This document shows positions 38,870-57,516 of a stretch of DNA of 64,000 bases, in pieces. The translations under genes were made by a program, and so were the position numbers. This DNA is from the human T2T-CHM13v2.0 reference genome, Homo sapiens: assembly GCF_009914755.1 (NCBI RefSeq), contig NC_060926.1. One strand, written 5' to 3'. The notes beneath the pieces were generated by a model that saw only the letters and a program-made list of their open reading frames with translations, was not told where the DNA came from and did not search any database. Positions within the stretch are counted from its first letter, which is position 1. Each line of letters begins with the position of its first letter.

Positions 38870-40572
38870 GTTCTTTAAAAGTAAACTACAGGAAAGCAAT
38901 TCCAGAGAAGTGAAGACTTCTGAAAATCTTTTCCTTCCAAAAAACAAGGAGAAACTGGTAAAAATGGTCAAAATCAAGTTTTTCAGAACTACTGAAATTA
39001 GTCAAAAACTTGGAACAATTCAGAGGAGTTTCTTAAGAGAGTATAAACAGTGTACTTTGTGGCAATTTAACACTTTCAAACTCATTTTGGGTGGCCACTA
39101 TTACTCTGATTCCAAAACCAGACAAAAAAAATAGCACACATATAACTACAGACAAATATTACTTTGAGTATAGATGCAAAACACCATAACAATACACTAT
39201 TAAACCAAATCCAGCAGAATATTAAAAGGATTATACATTATGACAAATTGGCATTTATTCCAAGAACTGCAAGTTCAGTTTAATATATGTAAATCAATCA
39301 ATGTAAAACACCACATTTACAGAATAAAGGACAAAAAAGACACAATCATCCTAATTGATACACAAAAACACCCTTTGACAAAATTTAAGAACGTTTCCTG
39401 ACAAAAACACTGAGCAAATTAAAAATATAAAGGAATTCCTTCAGCCTGATAAAGGGCATCTGTGAAATACCCACAGCTAATATCATACTTAATAATGAAC
39501 TGCTGAATGTTTTGACCCTAATGTCAGAAACAGGACAAGGTTGTCTGCTCTTATTACTTTCACTCAACATAGTACTGAAGGTGTTAACCAGGGAAATTAG
39601 AAAAGGAAGAGAAATAAAGAACATCCATACTAGAAATATAAAGAGGTAAAATGATTTCTATTTGCAGATGACATGATCTTTTATCTAGAAAATCCTAAAG
39701 AGTCTACACACAAAATGTAACCTAGAGTTAATGAGTTTAGCAGATCGGTAGCATCAAAGACATTGAACAGATATTTCTTTAAAGAACATATACGAATTGC
39801 CATTAAGCACATGAATTTATGTTCAATATCATTAGATTTTAGAGAAATACGTATTAAAAATGTGATGAAATACAACTGCATACCCAGTGAGAAAATAAAA
39901 AAGACAAACTATAGCAAGTCCTAATAAGGATGTGAGTCAGCCGAAATGCTTATATATGACTGGTGGGGTTATAAAAATGCTGCAGCCACTTTGAAAAAGG
40001 GTTTGCCATTTCCTCAAACAGTTAAACACAGGATTACAATATTATTCAGCAATTTCAATCATAGTTATATATCCAAGAGAAATGAAAACAAATGTTCACA
40101 TAAAAATTTGTACACAGATATTAATAGCAGCATTATTGGTAGTAGTTAAGAAGTAAAAATAACCCAAATATGTATCAACTGAATGAATAAACAAAATATA
40201 AAATATCCATAAAATGAAATTTCATAAAGAAATGAAGTACTTGTACATGCAATAACATAAATAAACCTTGAAAATATGCTAACTGAAAGAACTGAGTCAC
40301 AATAGGCCACATATTATGATTTTATTTATATTAATATGCAGAATAGACAAATAGAATGCAGATTAAGGTTTATTAGTGGATAGGGAGAGGGGACAGGAGA
40401 GAGGAGTGACTGCTAAGAGGAATGGGGTTTCTTAAAAGGGTTAAAATGTTTTAAAGTTAGCTAGTGAGAATGGTAGCATACCTCTATCTATACAATAAAA
40501 AGCACTGAATTGTGCACTTTAAAGGTGTGAGTTTTAAAGTATGTAAATACACTTGAATGAAAGTGTTTTAAA
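38870..40572 (+). mobile_element. Fragmented old LINE-1 (L1M/L1MB-MC-type): 5' piece, ORF2 RT segment and 3' end with internal deletions
   Basis: ORF2 motifs 'attactctgattccaaaaccagacaaa', 'gaaatacccacagctaatatcatacttaat', 'tctatttgcagatgacatgatc' (FADDM); 3'UTR 'cactgaattgtgcactttaaa'. Confidence 0.85.
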
Positions 40573-41975
40573 ATTACAATTCGAAAAGGCAACACAGTTG
40601 CTAAAAATCAAATCCCCACAGATCAATATTTTCTGGTTTTAAACTCATTCATTTTCCAATAATTGATTTGACACCTAAACTTTCAGATTGTATGGATTGG
40701 ATTATAAAGTATGGATCTTGCCATATGGCAACTCAAAATCCCACATAAAGATTAGCATGTGAAAACAAAAAGCTAAATAAAATGTCCTAAGAAGTAACAT
40801 ATGCTTACAAAGTAATCTGGTGAAACAGGGTGGAGAAGAGAATTTTCTTTCCACTTTGGGGTATGGAAAGTTGTCAGACAAGCTTCACAGAAAAATTAAC
40901 ATTGAGGTCTTTCACAAAGAAAAAGCAAAGGATCTTTCAAATTAATTAGATGAATCTGAATAAAACAGCATTGTAAAATTATGTGGGTTCTTTGGAGGGT
41001 AGAAGAATGCGATGTCTTCTCTGATCTGTGATCTCTTTTTGTGATCACAGAAGATTGTCATTTGTATTTTCCAGTAGTAGAATAGATCCATCATGTTTAA
41101 CCAAACAGTAGAGTACCTTACCTATTTGGAGCAAAGAAGATGATTTAAAATTTTAAATTGTTTTTCAAATGAGGAATTTCCTTTTCATAAAGAAAATGTT
41201 ATGATAATAAAGCACTCAAAGTTGAAGCATTGAAATGCTTAATGAAGCTACTTTGAAAATATGAAAGAAAAGAGATGAATAAATTTTGTGGAAAGCTCAA
41301 AGGACCAGGATCTAATTGAAATTATACCTATAAGTTCTATGGCTTGGATTATACACTGTTGTCAGAAAATCTCTAGAGATTGTGGACAATATTCAACTAC
41401 TTATAGGCAAAGGGAACTTTTGCATTTCCTTGCAGTAAATCCAGTTTTTTATTAAACTAAGTGTGTAAAGACATTGAAACATATCCTACCCAATCTTCAT
41501 ATTAAGACGTTTCTTTAGGATGTGGTATATAATAGGTGGAAAAAAAGAGTCAATAACATTTCCTTTTACTCAAATTGCAGATATCTTGTTCTGTATCAAG
41601 TTCCATATTCATTTTTCTCATTACTGTTATTAGTTAATAAAATAGAAAACTGCATTCATGTTGCTATTTCCGCTTTTAAAATAAAAAGGTATAGGTTCAC
41701 ATGATGAATTTTGTGCTCTCTAAGGAACTATACTAATGAAAAATATCAATAAGTTAAGTACATCTTTTTCTTTCTCTAATATGATTTTTTAAATTAAGGT
41801 ATAAAATTACATACAGTGACATGCACATGTCTTGAGTATTACAATTACATAATTTTAACAATTGGCAATGAACATTCCTCAATGTTCATGAGGAATATTC
41901 TAAAATTTTCTTTGTCTGCTATGTATTTTTCTGAATCTTAACAGAGTATTGTTGGTCTCATTAAATGACCTGGGT

Positions 41976-42326
<351 letters not shown>

Positions 42327-44876
42327 CTAAAATTTCCCTTCCTTCCTTTTGCTCCTTCTTTAATGTTTAGTATTAATAGTATTCATTAGTAATACCATCT
42401 TGGCCTGGAATTCTCCATGTGGAAGTTATTTATTACTAATAATTTAATTCTATTACAAATACGGAATTATTCTCTTATTTGTTTCCTCTTGAATGGGCTT
42501 TGCTAATTTGAGATTTTAAAATAATCTATTTTATTGAAGGTAACATATCTACTGGAATAAACATTTTCATGATGATTTCTTATTAGCTTTTTAATGTTTC
42601 TATGATGTATGGTGATGTCCTGTCTTTCATTCCTGAAATCAATAATCTATGTTCTTATTCTTGTTTACATGACCAGTCAGTTGATATTTGTTATCTTGTT
42701 AGTTATTTTATTTCATCTCTATGTATTACTTGTAAAATACCTTTTCTTCTGGTTTTGATTGAATTAATTGAGTATTATTTATGATTGAATATTATCTTTA
42801 CTCTTATTTGTCATTTCTAAATTTTATTTTTATTCATTTAGCAGATGAATATAATTTATTTAGGATTTTTAACTTTAACTTATGACAGCCCACGTTCAAA
42901 TACTATTCTGTATTTTCATGTGTAGTCTAGGAACTGTACATAATATTTCTTTTTTATCATTCCCATTATTTCTATTATTGCTATCACTTGTTTTACTTCT
43001 ACACATGTTACAAACTACACACTATTTTGCTATTATTTTACATTAAACCATCATTTTTAAAAAATCTTATATATTTACTCACATTTTTCATAATTGTTTC
43101 CAGTGTACTTGCTTTTTTTAAATTTTTGTTTTTGTTTTGTTTGGTATAGTTCCAAGTTTCCACTTAATATCATTTTCTTTCTGCCTTAAGAACTTCCTTT
43201 AGCAGTTTTGTAGTGCTTTCTACATAAATTCATTTCACTTTTGTATACCTGAGAAAGTCTTTATTTGGCCTTTGTTTTGGGGATATATTTTCAATAAGGG
43301 TAAAGTTCAAAGTTGACAAATTTTCATTTATTATTATTGTCAGGACTTAAAGCTGTTGCTCCTTTGTCTCCTACATTGCATTGTTTCTACTAGAAGTTTC
43401 CTTACCTTTGTTCATCTTTACATATTGCATCTGCTTTTTTTCTGACTTAAGACCCATTTTATCAACTGTTTTAAGCAGTTAACTGTTATGTACTTGATAT
43501 AATTTTCATCACATTTTGTATGTTTGCATCTCTGTGTTCATAATTTTCATCAAGTTCAGAAAATGTTTGGCCATTATTTTTTAAAAAATATTTATTCTGC
43601 CCCACTCCAACAGCTCACTTGTGGAATTCCAACTTACACAAATATTAGAACCCTTAATATTGCCTCACAGTTCTTCAATATGCTTTGCTTTTTGTTCAAA
43701 TGTTTTAACCTCTATTTTATGTTTCTGTTTCTGTTTGGGAAATTTCTATTGACCTATCTTAGAGTTCTCTGATTTTTTTCCTTCTGTCACTTCCAGTGCG
43801 CTGATTGAAGAATTTTTCTTCTCTAATATTTAATTCTGAATTTAAGCATTTTTATTTGAAACATTTTTCATAGTTTCCATCTCTCTGCTGAAACTTTATA
43901 TACTTTTTATCTGTTTTCTACCAGTTCCATTAACATATTATTCATGGTTGCTCTAAAATCCTTGTCTGAAATTTTCAACCTATGTGTTATCTCTTTGTCT
44001 GGATTTGTTGAGTACTGTATGTTTTGACAGTGGGTCACTTTTTCTTGATTTTATTGTGTCTCATAAAGACATTCAGTGCCAGACATATTAAAATATATTA
44101 GCAACAAAGATGAATATTAATTACATCCCAGAATATGCACACTTCTTCTTTTATCTGTTTTTGGGTGTTGAGTCAGAATATTCAGTAATTGAGTTTGAGT
44201 TTGGGATTTGTTTCTGCATAGTTACCTCCAATGCACCCCAGGATTCAAATTGTCCTAGAAATGGGCTGCCACTCCCTTATGCATCCTGTGTGACTGATGA
44301 TTTTTTTCTCATTGTACTGGATTCACCCTCAGCTTTCAGAATGTATTGCATGTCTACTCCATAGAGAAGATCCTCTCTGGTATTTTCCCCTCCTGCTGTT
44401 CTTTATTACTTCTTAGCTCAAGGTTTGGTTGGGAGGCAGAGAGAGTCTCTAGAGTCTTCTGTTCCAGATTCAGTCTTATGGAAGCGCCACTTACCTGGAC
44501 CACCAGAATAACCTTTGTCAAAATGTCTGTGTTCTTCTTTCCCGTGGTAATTGGTGCCACAATGAGATTTGTATCAAATTGGATAGGGGAAGTACCTTAT
44601 GCAGGCACAGGTTTTCTGCCCTGCCCTTAATGGTCATTGCCTCTCCTTTTATTAAGGCAGCATGCTGCACCCAAGCAGGTTTCCTCTCCCCATGACAGAC
44701 AGCCTTTTACTATATCTCTCCCTTAACTTCAGTAGACATTTGCATGGGAATAAGGGAGGAGGATTATCTTTTTTTTTTTCTCCAGAAGTGGATAAACTTT
44801 GCTTCTACCTCTTCCCTAGAGGCAGTCCATCTTTGCTTAGGAAAAGTATCCTTTCACTTACCTACTGCGTCTGTGA

Positions 44877-45460
<584 letters not shown>

Positions 45461-45969
45461 GCCTTCAGTCTTTCTTGTAAGCACCTGGTAGTCTGGAGTG
45501 GAACAAATGATATAATGAGAACTTGCCTCACATCTGAGACTCACAGTTTTCCAATCTGACACAACATCCTGCGTATACTTGGCCTTTAAAAATAGGTTAA
45601 AAATTCAGGTATGGAATTTAATTCCTTTGGTTGCCTTGCAACTGCATGTCTCTGATTGGCTCAAAATAAGTTATTATTTAATAGATTATCCTAGTTTTAA
45701 CTTGCTATTAGAGTGAGAATACCTTCTTCTGCTTTCTAATTTCAAAAGCTTTCTAAAGCTAAGAATGCTTCTTAGCTTTGTTAAGTCTACGTGAAAGTGG
45801 AACACCACATATATTTGATATACTAAATTAATATTATTATCTTCCAGTGTAAAATCTTGCTATTAACTTTCTCTTTATGTCTTTCTCTCATATCTTTATT
45901 TTATTTTCTCTCCTTTTCTTCCTTCTTGTCAATATATTAAGTGTATTTTAATATTTTATCTTCATTTAG

Positions 45970-49741
<3,772 letters not shown>

Positions 49742-49759
49742 CTGTTTTAGGAATTTAAA

Positions 49760-52160
49760 AATGCACCTATAACTTTTTACAACACAATATAAATTAAAGT
49801 GATATAATTTAATGTATAATGTAAAAACTCTTTGATGGTTTACTTCCACTTCTCTTGCTTACTTTGTGCTATTGTAGTCATGCATTTTAATTCTGTCTAT
49901 ATTATAAACCTCACATTTTACTTCTCTATGTGTTACAAACCCCAGAATACATTATTAACATATTTTGCTTTAAGTGGTCAATTGTTTTGAAATTAAGAAA
50001 CAGTAAAAAATGTCTTCAATATTTTCACTCATATTTATTATATCCAGTGCATCCTTTGTGTAGATGCAGATTGAACCTGGCATTCTATTCCTTGTACATA
50101 AATATTTACTTATAACATTTCTTGCATTATGTATCTAGTAGTCACAAATTAATATATCTTTGGTTTATTTTTAAATGTCTTTACATTGTCTTTCTTTATG
50201 TAACAACATTTTCACTTGGTATGGAATTCTAGAATGGCAATTTTCCCCTACCCCCAAATTTTAAAGATGTTATTCTATGGAGGTCTGAGCTTGCATTAGT
50301 TAGTGAGGAGAAGTTATTAGTATTGCTTATCATTTTTCTCAGATACGTAATTTCTTTAGCTTCCTGTCTTAAAAATTTTCTGTTTTTGCTTTTTAGCACT
50401 TTGACTATTATATGGCTGGTAAGGTTTGCTCATTGCTTAGTTTTCTTAGCATTCATTGAGATTTTTGTACCTGTGAGTTGATATTCTCTATCACAACTGA
50501 ACAATTTTTGGCATTATTTCCTCAATTCTTTTTTCTATTCTTATCTCTCTCTCTCTCCTACTTCCTATACTACAATCACGAAAATGTTAGAATTCTTCAT
50601 ATTTTCTCATAAATTACAAACTTTTTATTTTCTAACAGACTTTTTTCTCTCGAAATTTTTGTTTGAGTAGTTTCTCTTGCCACCTCTTTAAACTTCACTG
50701 ATTTTCTTCCTTTGTAGGTTTCAGTTTGCTATTATTATATCCAATATATTTTTATTTAAATATTTTTATCTTTTAGTTAAATAAATTTTATTTCATTTTG
50801 TTTTATTCTTTATATTACTTTACAGAGAGTACCATTTTTCTCAAACAGTATATTTATTATTCAAAAAATTGACTAAATATTGATGTTTTATATCCCTTAG
50901 ATGATTTCGATATGATTTTGATATGGTCTGGCTGTGTCCTCACCCAAATCTCATCTTGAATTATAGCTCTCACAATTCCCACATGTTGCAGAAGGGGCCT
51001 GGTGGAGATAACTGAATCATGGGAGTGGTTCCCCCCATACTATTCTCATGGTAGTGAATACGTCTCACGAGATCTGATGGTTTTATAAGGGGTTTCCTCT
51101 TTTGCTTGGCTCTCATCCTCTCTTTGCCTGCCACCCCATAAGACGTGATTTTGTTTCTCATTCACCTTTTGCCATGATTGTGAGGCCTCCCCAGCCATGT
51201 GGAACTGTGAGTCCATAAAACCTTTCTCCTTTACAAGTTACCCAGTCTCAGATATGTCTTTATTAGTAGCGTGAGAACAGATAAATACAGATTTTATGTG
51301 TAGCTTTATTCATATTGTTTTTGTTTTTCTTAATTACAGGCAAAACTTCTCTGATTCTTTATGTGCTTAGCATTTTTTATGTTTTTAAAAATAATTTCAA
51401 TGCTATAGTGTTCAAAGTCTGGATTTTGTTGTCTTTCTTTAAAAAGAATTGAGTTTCATTCTAAGAAGCAATTAATTTAATTGTGGAATAATATGCTACT
51501 AATTAGGGATTGATTTAAAGCTTTGTAAGGATAAGTATAGGTTAGGTCTTAATGAATTTCTCAAGTAGTTCTCCTTTTATAGCATGAACTTTTGGAATCT
51601 CAGCTGAAAACCTGGGGTATTCAGCATATTCTCTCTACTCTGTCAGATTGGAATTCTTATGTTTGCTTGTACTTTGTGGCCTCTGAGATCTCTGTTCAGT
51701 GCTTAGTTTCCCAGTAACTTTTTTTTTTTCCTACAATTCATTAAACTTCATCTTCTATATGTGTAGTGTAGTGTTTGTAAAAATACCTAACTAGGACCAT
51801 CTGCAAATTCATAGAACTCCTTCTTTGTGCAGCAACCTCCTTTTCAAGACCCTACACAGCAAATTCCAGCCACTTCTGTAGGTCTGGGGTCAGAATATTG
51901 CTTCTTCAGCTCATTAATGTTACCATGCTTTGCTTAGGCTCCATTTCATTATATTGTTGCCTGAAAAATGTTTCAAGGCAGACAACTGGGGTAACCATGA
52001 GGAATACCTCATGTGTTTCTCTTCCCTCAGGAATGATGTTTCTGCACTGCCTCTTTTCCAATGTCTGAAAAGTATTGCTTTGTGTATTTTGTCCTGTTTT
52101 ATAGTTGTTTATAATGGAAAGATAATGGGGTACAAATTACTCTATCACGGCCATAAGAAA
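49760..52160 (-). mobile_element. HAL1/L1ME-like ancient LINE, antisense, interrupted by THE1
   Basis: 'cctcatgtgtttctcttccctcagga...ccaatgtctgaaaa...tttgtcctgttttatagttgttta...ttactctatcacggcca' resembles the recalled HAL1 5' end. Confidence 0.6.
50919..51289 (+). mobile_element. THE1B/C-type MaLR solo LTR
   Basis: tgatatgg...aataca termini; perfect TSD gattt (50914-50918, 51290-51294). Confidence 0.97.
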
Positions 52161-55100
52161 AGACATTTGATTTTACTTTTGGTATTTAAGAGTGTAATGA
52201 GCCCAGTAGTTAGCTTGAGTAAAAATCATCTACCCTAACTAGATCAACTTATTTTAATGGTTACTAACAACAACTAGTATGTTGACAGATGGTTGTAAAA
52301 GCATGTATAAATCCGTGGAAGGAACATTTTGGCAATCAGAAGTTAAAACTAAAGAACATAAAACTAGGAAAGTGGTATCTTTTTCCCTTTCACACAGCTA
52401 TCTGGTTGTTCTTTAATCACCCTGGTGTACCCATCAATAAACTACCCCAAGTTTTTCATTGAAAAAAATAATAAAATTATTATCCAATGGTCTTAGAGAA
52501 AAAGTAAGCACACAATAAATAAGAATATGATCATGTCCAATCTAGACTGGAATGCCAATATTTTCACTACCTATTTTAGAATGCAGAAATGACAGCAAAT
52601 AATAACCTTAAATATCCTTAAGTTATATGTCAGAACAATATAATATTAATTTAGTTGGAATTACGAGATTTCACTGTCAGATATACTAGCTCAGTCCCAT
52701 CATGGGCAGTTTCTATCTTTGAGGCCAGTTTTTTTTTTTTTTACTATTTATAAAAATTAATATATATATAAACAAGGCATTTAAATTAGGCTTTAATTTA
52801 TGACTGTATTTGTATACCCAACCACATGTTCTACAAAAAAAGGCCTTTTATTGTAATTAAAATAGTATGTGTTAACATTAATACACTAAATCAGGAAGGG
52901 ATTAGGTAATTTCATGATACAGACAAAGATTTATGGTGTTCTTTATAGCTGTGCAACCAAAGAGGTTTACATTTGAAGAGATGAGTAGGTTGTATCTTGA
53001 GAGAAGACAGAAAAAAAGTATTTGTTTGCAGCTTACATGAGGTAATGACATATGATCATTTTATCATTTTAACTAAGTTGTACAAGTGAATTATAAAGTG
53101 AACTGGCTGCACCTTGTGGGTAGAAGGTGGCAAGAATAAGTGAAGTGATACTTATTTTATATTCTTTAACAACCCGTTAGTGGACTGTATGGAGGAATAG
53201 CTACCGGTTATTAGTATTTGTCTGAAAAGTCACCGCAGTTGGACATTAAAGGAACCTCAAAAAATTACTTGGTCTAGTCCTCAATATTGAACTAGCTGGA
53301 GGCGAAACATTCAAATTTCTATTGCTTTAATTTAATTGGAGTACTTAACCTGTATGGAATACAGATATTTGGCATTGCTTTAATTATGGTTTTTCATCGA
53401 AAGGTGGGTATATTAATCTTTATCTGTCTCCTAAATTAAGTCATTTGAAGTTACAATTATTTTAGCATATATATCAGCATATAAGCAAAGCTTGAGAAGA
53501 GGCAAAATTTTCTTTATTGTCCCAGAGCAATTTCAGCCTCATTAATTCGTCCTTTATCTGTGACCTGATTTCTCTTTCCTTTTCTTGGCGGCCTTTCCTT
53601 CTGTCATCAGAGCTCTATTATTACAATTCCCTGTCCCTCTACTAGAGCCCTCTTTTCACTTTCGAGGCAGTTAGAATAGTGTCCCCATCCCATTCTCATC
53701 CACCACACTCACACTGTTAAATTCAAAGCCAGCTAAACAGCTTTACACATCACGACACTCTCTAAACTCTAACTTGAAAATAGTATAACTGCAAGCTCAC
53801 ATATAATAAATTCAAATAAAATATTCTTTTCAATTCAGGAGATTTTTCTGTGTGTTTATGTTCACAAGTAAACCTCTGAAAGGGAAGAAAGAAATAATTT
53901 TAGGATCATTCTTTACAGAGCAGATTTCCTACCTTTGTGAAAAATGAAAATTACAACCCTGGTAAAAACATATGGATCAGCAAATGCTCTGGTCTAAATA
54001 TTACTTTGGCGTTTATGGCACAAAATGCCTCCCTGTTCTGGCTTTCAGCTTTTTCCTATAATAGCACACAGAGAAGCAGTGCCAGCTTGAAGTGCCAAAT
54101 AAGGTATCCCTCCTAAGGTCTGGTACTAATTGGACAATGCCTGCCCACTGGCCGTCAGTGTTGTGTTAGTATGAGTATCTTTATGCACATAAGTGAGAAA
54201 TCAAAAAGCCAAGGTTTCTGGTTTTACAAATGTACCTTTCCAGGGTTCATTTTGACTAGTGGGCAATATTTCAGGTATGGGAAAAGTGCTATAACTAGAC
54301 CAATCTCTAAGTTAGCAGATTTTTGAATTTAATAATTTAAAATACAGAATGAAGTCCAGGGACCAAAGGTTTAAATGAGGCAAATATGTCTAATTAAGGC
54401 AAGTTACATTATTTAGAAAGATATATGAGGCAGTCATAAATATTTTGCAGGTTAAAATAAAATTCAAGGCCATGCTAATTTTCCCCATCTCAAAATATAA
54501 TTGCTAAAGTCCTCTAAATATTACCAAAAAATAGTGCATCAACAGGAGTAAGCTCTTTGTGACAAATTCAACAGCATCTGTGGAGAAATCCTTTCTGTGT
54601 CTCTGTCCCTCTGCTGCAATGCCTGATCCATTCATAACTGGCACTCAATCTCTCTGCTCTCAGCAGCACCAGGCTGCCATTACCAAGGACGCAGGGTTTT
54701 AACATACTCCACTTCAAAGATTTCTTCAGGGAGAAAAGGGGGATCGCTAAAGAGAGTGGAAAGAAGTAGGGAATGAAATCAGCAGTACCTTCTATTCTGC
54801 TCAGACCCCTTCAGTCAGACTTGGAACACTGTTAAGACCTATTGGCTGACAGAGGCCATGATTTCAAATGAGACGCAAATCAGAGGTCCCGACCTTGCAC
54901 ACCTGAAATGGATTCACAGCACTTTTTGACAGAGAAATGATCCTGGGATCTTGGCCAGAGTCCAGTATGGTGATTGCATTCATTTACTCATCTTTTCCCA
55001 GCAGTTTTTATTATTAATTGGAATTCTAATACATTGTGAGGTGACACATAGAAAAATTTGCCATGATGTTGCAAAAAGAGTATGTACATAAATTAAGAAG

Positions 55101-55929
55101 GAGAAAATTAATAATAATTGACATTATTTTATTCTCCATGTGTTCATCTTTTGATATTTATGATATATTTGTATTAAATTCTTGTAAGATACCTTTGTTG
55201 TAGCTAAGCAAGAGATTACCATTAGCTATACTTTACTAAGAAGGACACTAAATAATAGAAAGCAAGGATATTTACCCAAAGTTAAGCAGGTAATCTGTAA
55301 AAATAAAAAGAAACCAAGCATGTTCCAGTGGACTGAAAAAAAATGTGAGAGTGCCTCTGCTTTTGGTTATATGAAGGAAAGTAAATTATTTACCTAAATG
55401 TACTTTCTAGTATCCATTACACTTTAACTAGATTTTGCTTACACAAGAAATGAACAAATTCATTCTCTGCCTAAAAAATGAATGTCATTACCTCCATCCT
55501 GTTACACTTCTCAGAGGAAAACCAGTGCTCTCAGTGTGATTTGTTTCTTTTCAGAAAACATACATGTCTGCATCATCACATACGCACACCTATAAGAAAA
55601 ATTGTTTGTGTGTAACTTTTTTGGTACTAATGACACCATACTTTATCTGGGCTCTGTGCATTTTTCTCACTTAAAAACATAATCTTAAAACTCTGCAACA
55701 TCTTTGCACCTGTCACTTTGTATACATGGGTGAATGCTTCTCAGGCTAGTTACTGAGACACAAAATTGCTGAGTTAATTGATGTACATAAGTTAATTCTA
55801 AGATATCTCCAGAATTGTTTTTGGCTACATATCCATTCTGATTCTTATAGATCCCTATACCTACTGCATTTCTCCCTTTGTAGCAGTTGATGTGGAGTAC
55901 CCTGCCCCACTAAGGCTACGGACCCACCC

Positions 55930-56245
55930 TTTAAGTCCTGGTTCAAACACCAGCTTCTAGTGAAACATTCCTATCTCACAACTATAATCAAACTTTCTCT
56001 CAGGTGAAACCATACAGTACTTTATCTGTACTCAGGCTGTGACACTAACTATGTAACTCATTGCATTATAATCATTTATATGCAGAGCTTATCTCCCTCT
56101 TATCCCCCACTAGGTTGTAAACTTTCTAAGGGCAGGATGCATGCCAACGTTTTTATATTTGAATCCCCACATCTTGTAGTTGTATGCCTTGCATAGGGTT
56201 ATTCAAAAATCTCAATGAATTAACAAATTGATAAATAAATTGACG
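55930..56245 (+). mobile_element. L2 3' fragment
   Basis: 'ggttcaaacaccagcttctagtgaaac...cactaggttgtaaactttctaagggcagg...ccttgcatag...aatgaatt'. Confidence 0.7.
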
Positions 56246-56699
56246 CATAATGTAACATTTCATATCAGGCCAGTGGCTACAAAATTCCAGGAAATATCAG
56301 TATCACTGTCTATTGTCAATTTCATGGAAGCTTGGTCTAACCTCTAGTTGTCATGTTTCAGTCTAATTACATATTTGCCTTGTTTATGCACCATTTTTTA
56401 TTACTGATAATGGAAATGATCCTATATATTTTCATGGTAGTCCTTGTTATACCTAGAAACGAATCCTTGTAAACCATTTCTGAATTGTTTTTCTCCACCA
56501 GCACCATTCTCAGCTGCAGTGAGAGATAAACTTGTTTTAGATATTCTGAGCATGTGTTTCATTCTGCGTGGCTAATATGACATCACAACAACTCACATCT
56601 CTCCCCATAACCCAGTCAGCAAAAGTGATTTTCAAATCACTCAACAACAGCTGGATATCAAGATGAGACGTGTTTTAGTGGATGCAGAAAAACCTCTTT

Positions 56700-56860
56700 T
56701 CTTCCTCCCTCCTTTCTTTTCTCCCTCCCTCCCACTTTCTCTCTGTGTCCCTCTATCTATAAAGACTGGAATCAATTGAAACAAGTTTGAGTTTGGAATA
56801 CATACAAATTTTAATATATCCACATTAAACCAAAGGCGTTATGGGTAACCCATATGATTT
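56700..56860 (+). repeat. Local dispersed duplication, copy 1
   Basis: CT-rich leader plus core 56765-56818 matching 57421-57474 at 53/54. Confidence 0.95.
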
Positions 56861-57347
56861 TTAAGGGGAAAATATTCCAGCATTCAAAAATTCATATATG
56901 TACCAAAATGAGTATGTGGAGTTGGTTAAAATTAGTTTTATGAAGAACAGCAGTCCGGCCTGCAGCATCTCCCATCTGCAGGCTCCACTGAAACTTCCAT
57001 TTGAAGATTTTTAAAATAAACTTACAAAATAGTTTTCTCTAGAGTTTTCTATCTCCTTTTTATTATGAAACAGCCAGTATTTGTGTAAAGACCTGCATTG
57101 ATTCTAATCTTTATCTTTAAAGAACTTTCTATAATTTAATTCCAATAATATGTTCTATATCTTAAGTTTATGGTACTATACCTGGTTTAGAATATGAATA
57201 CATAATGGTGACTTACTCATGTGGTCTGATTTAGTCCTTCTAGATTGCATTCTGTTTTATGAATTTATAACAGTCCTTGAAACTTACTAAAATTAAATGC
57301 TTCTTCTATAATAGTGAATATCTTAATTATTGTGTTTTAAATTTTGC

Positions 57348-57516
57348 TTTCTTCCTCTCTCCTTTCCTCTCTCCCTGCCTCTCTCTCTCTCTCTGTCTCT
57401 GTGTCCCTCTACCTGTAAGCACTGGAATCAATAGAAACAAGTTTGAGTTTGGAATACATACAAATTTTAATATACTTTCATTACACTTAAGGTATTATGA
57501 GCAACTTGTATGATTT
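57348..57516 (+). repeat. Local dispersed duplication, copy 2
   Basis: Same orientation as copy 1; core offset 656 bp. Confidence 0.95.
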
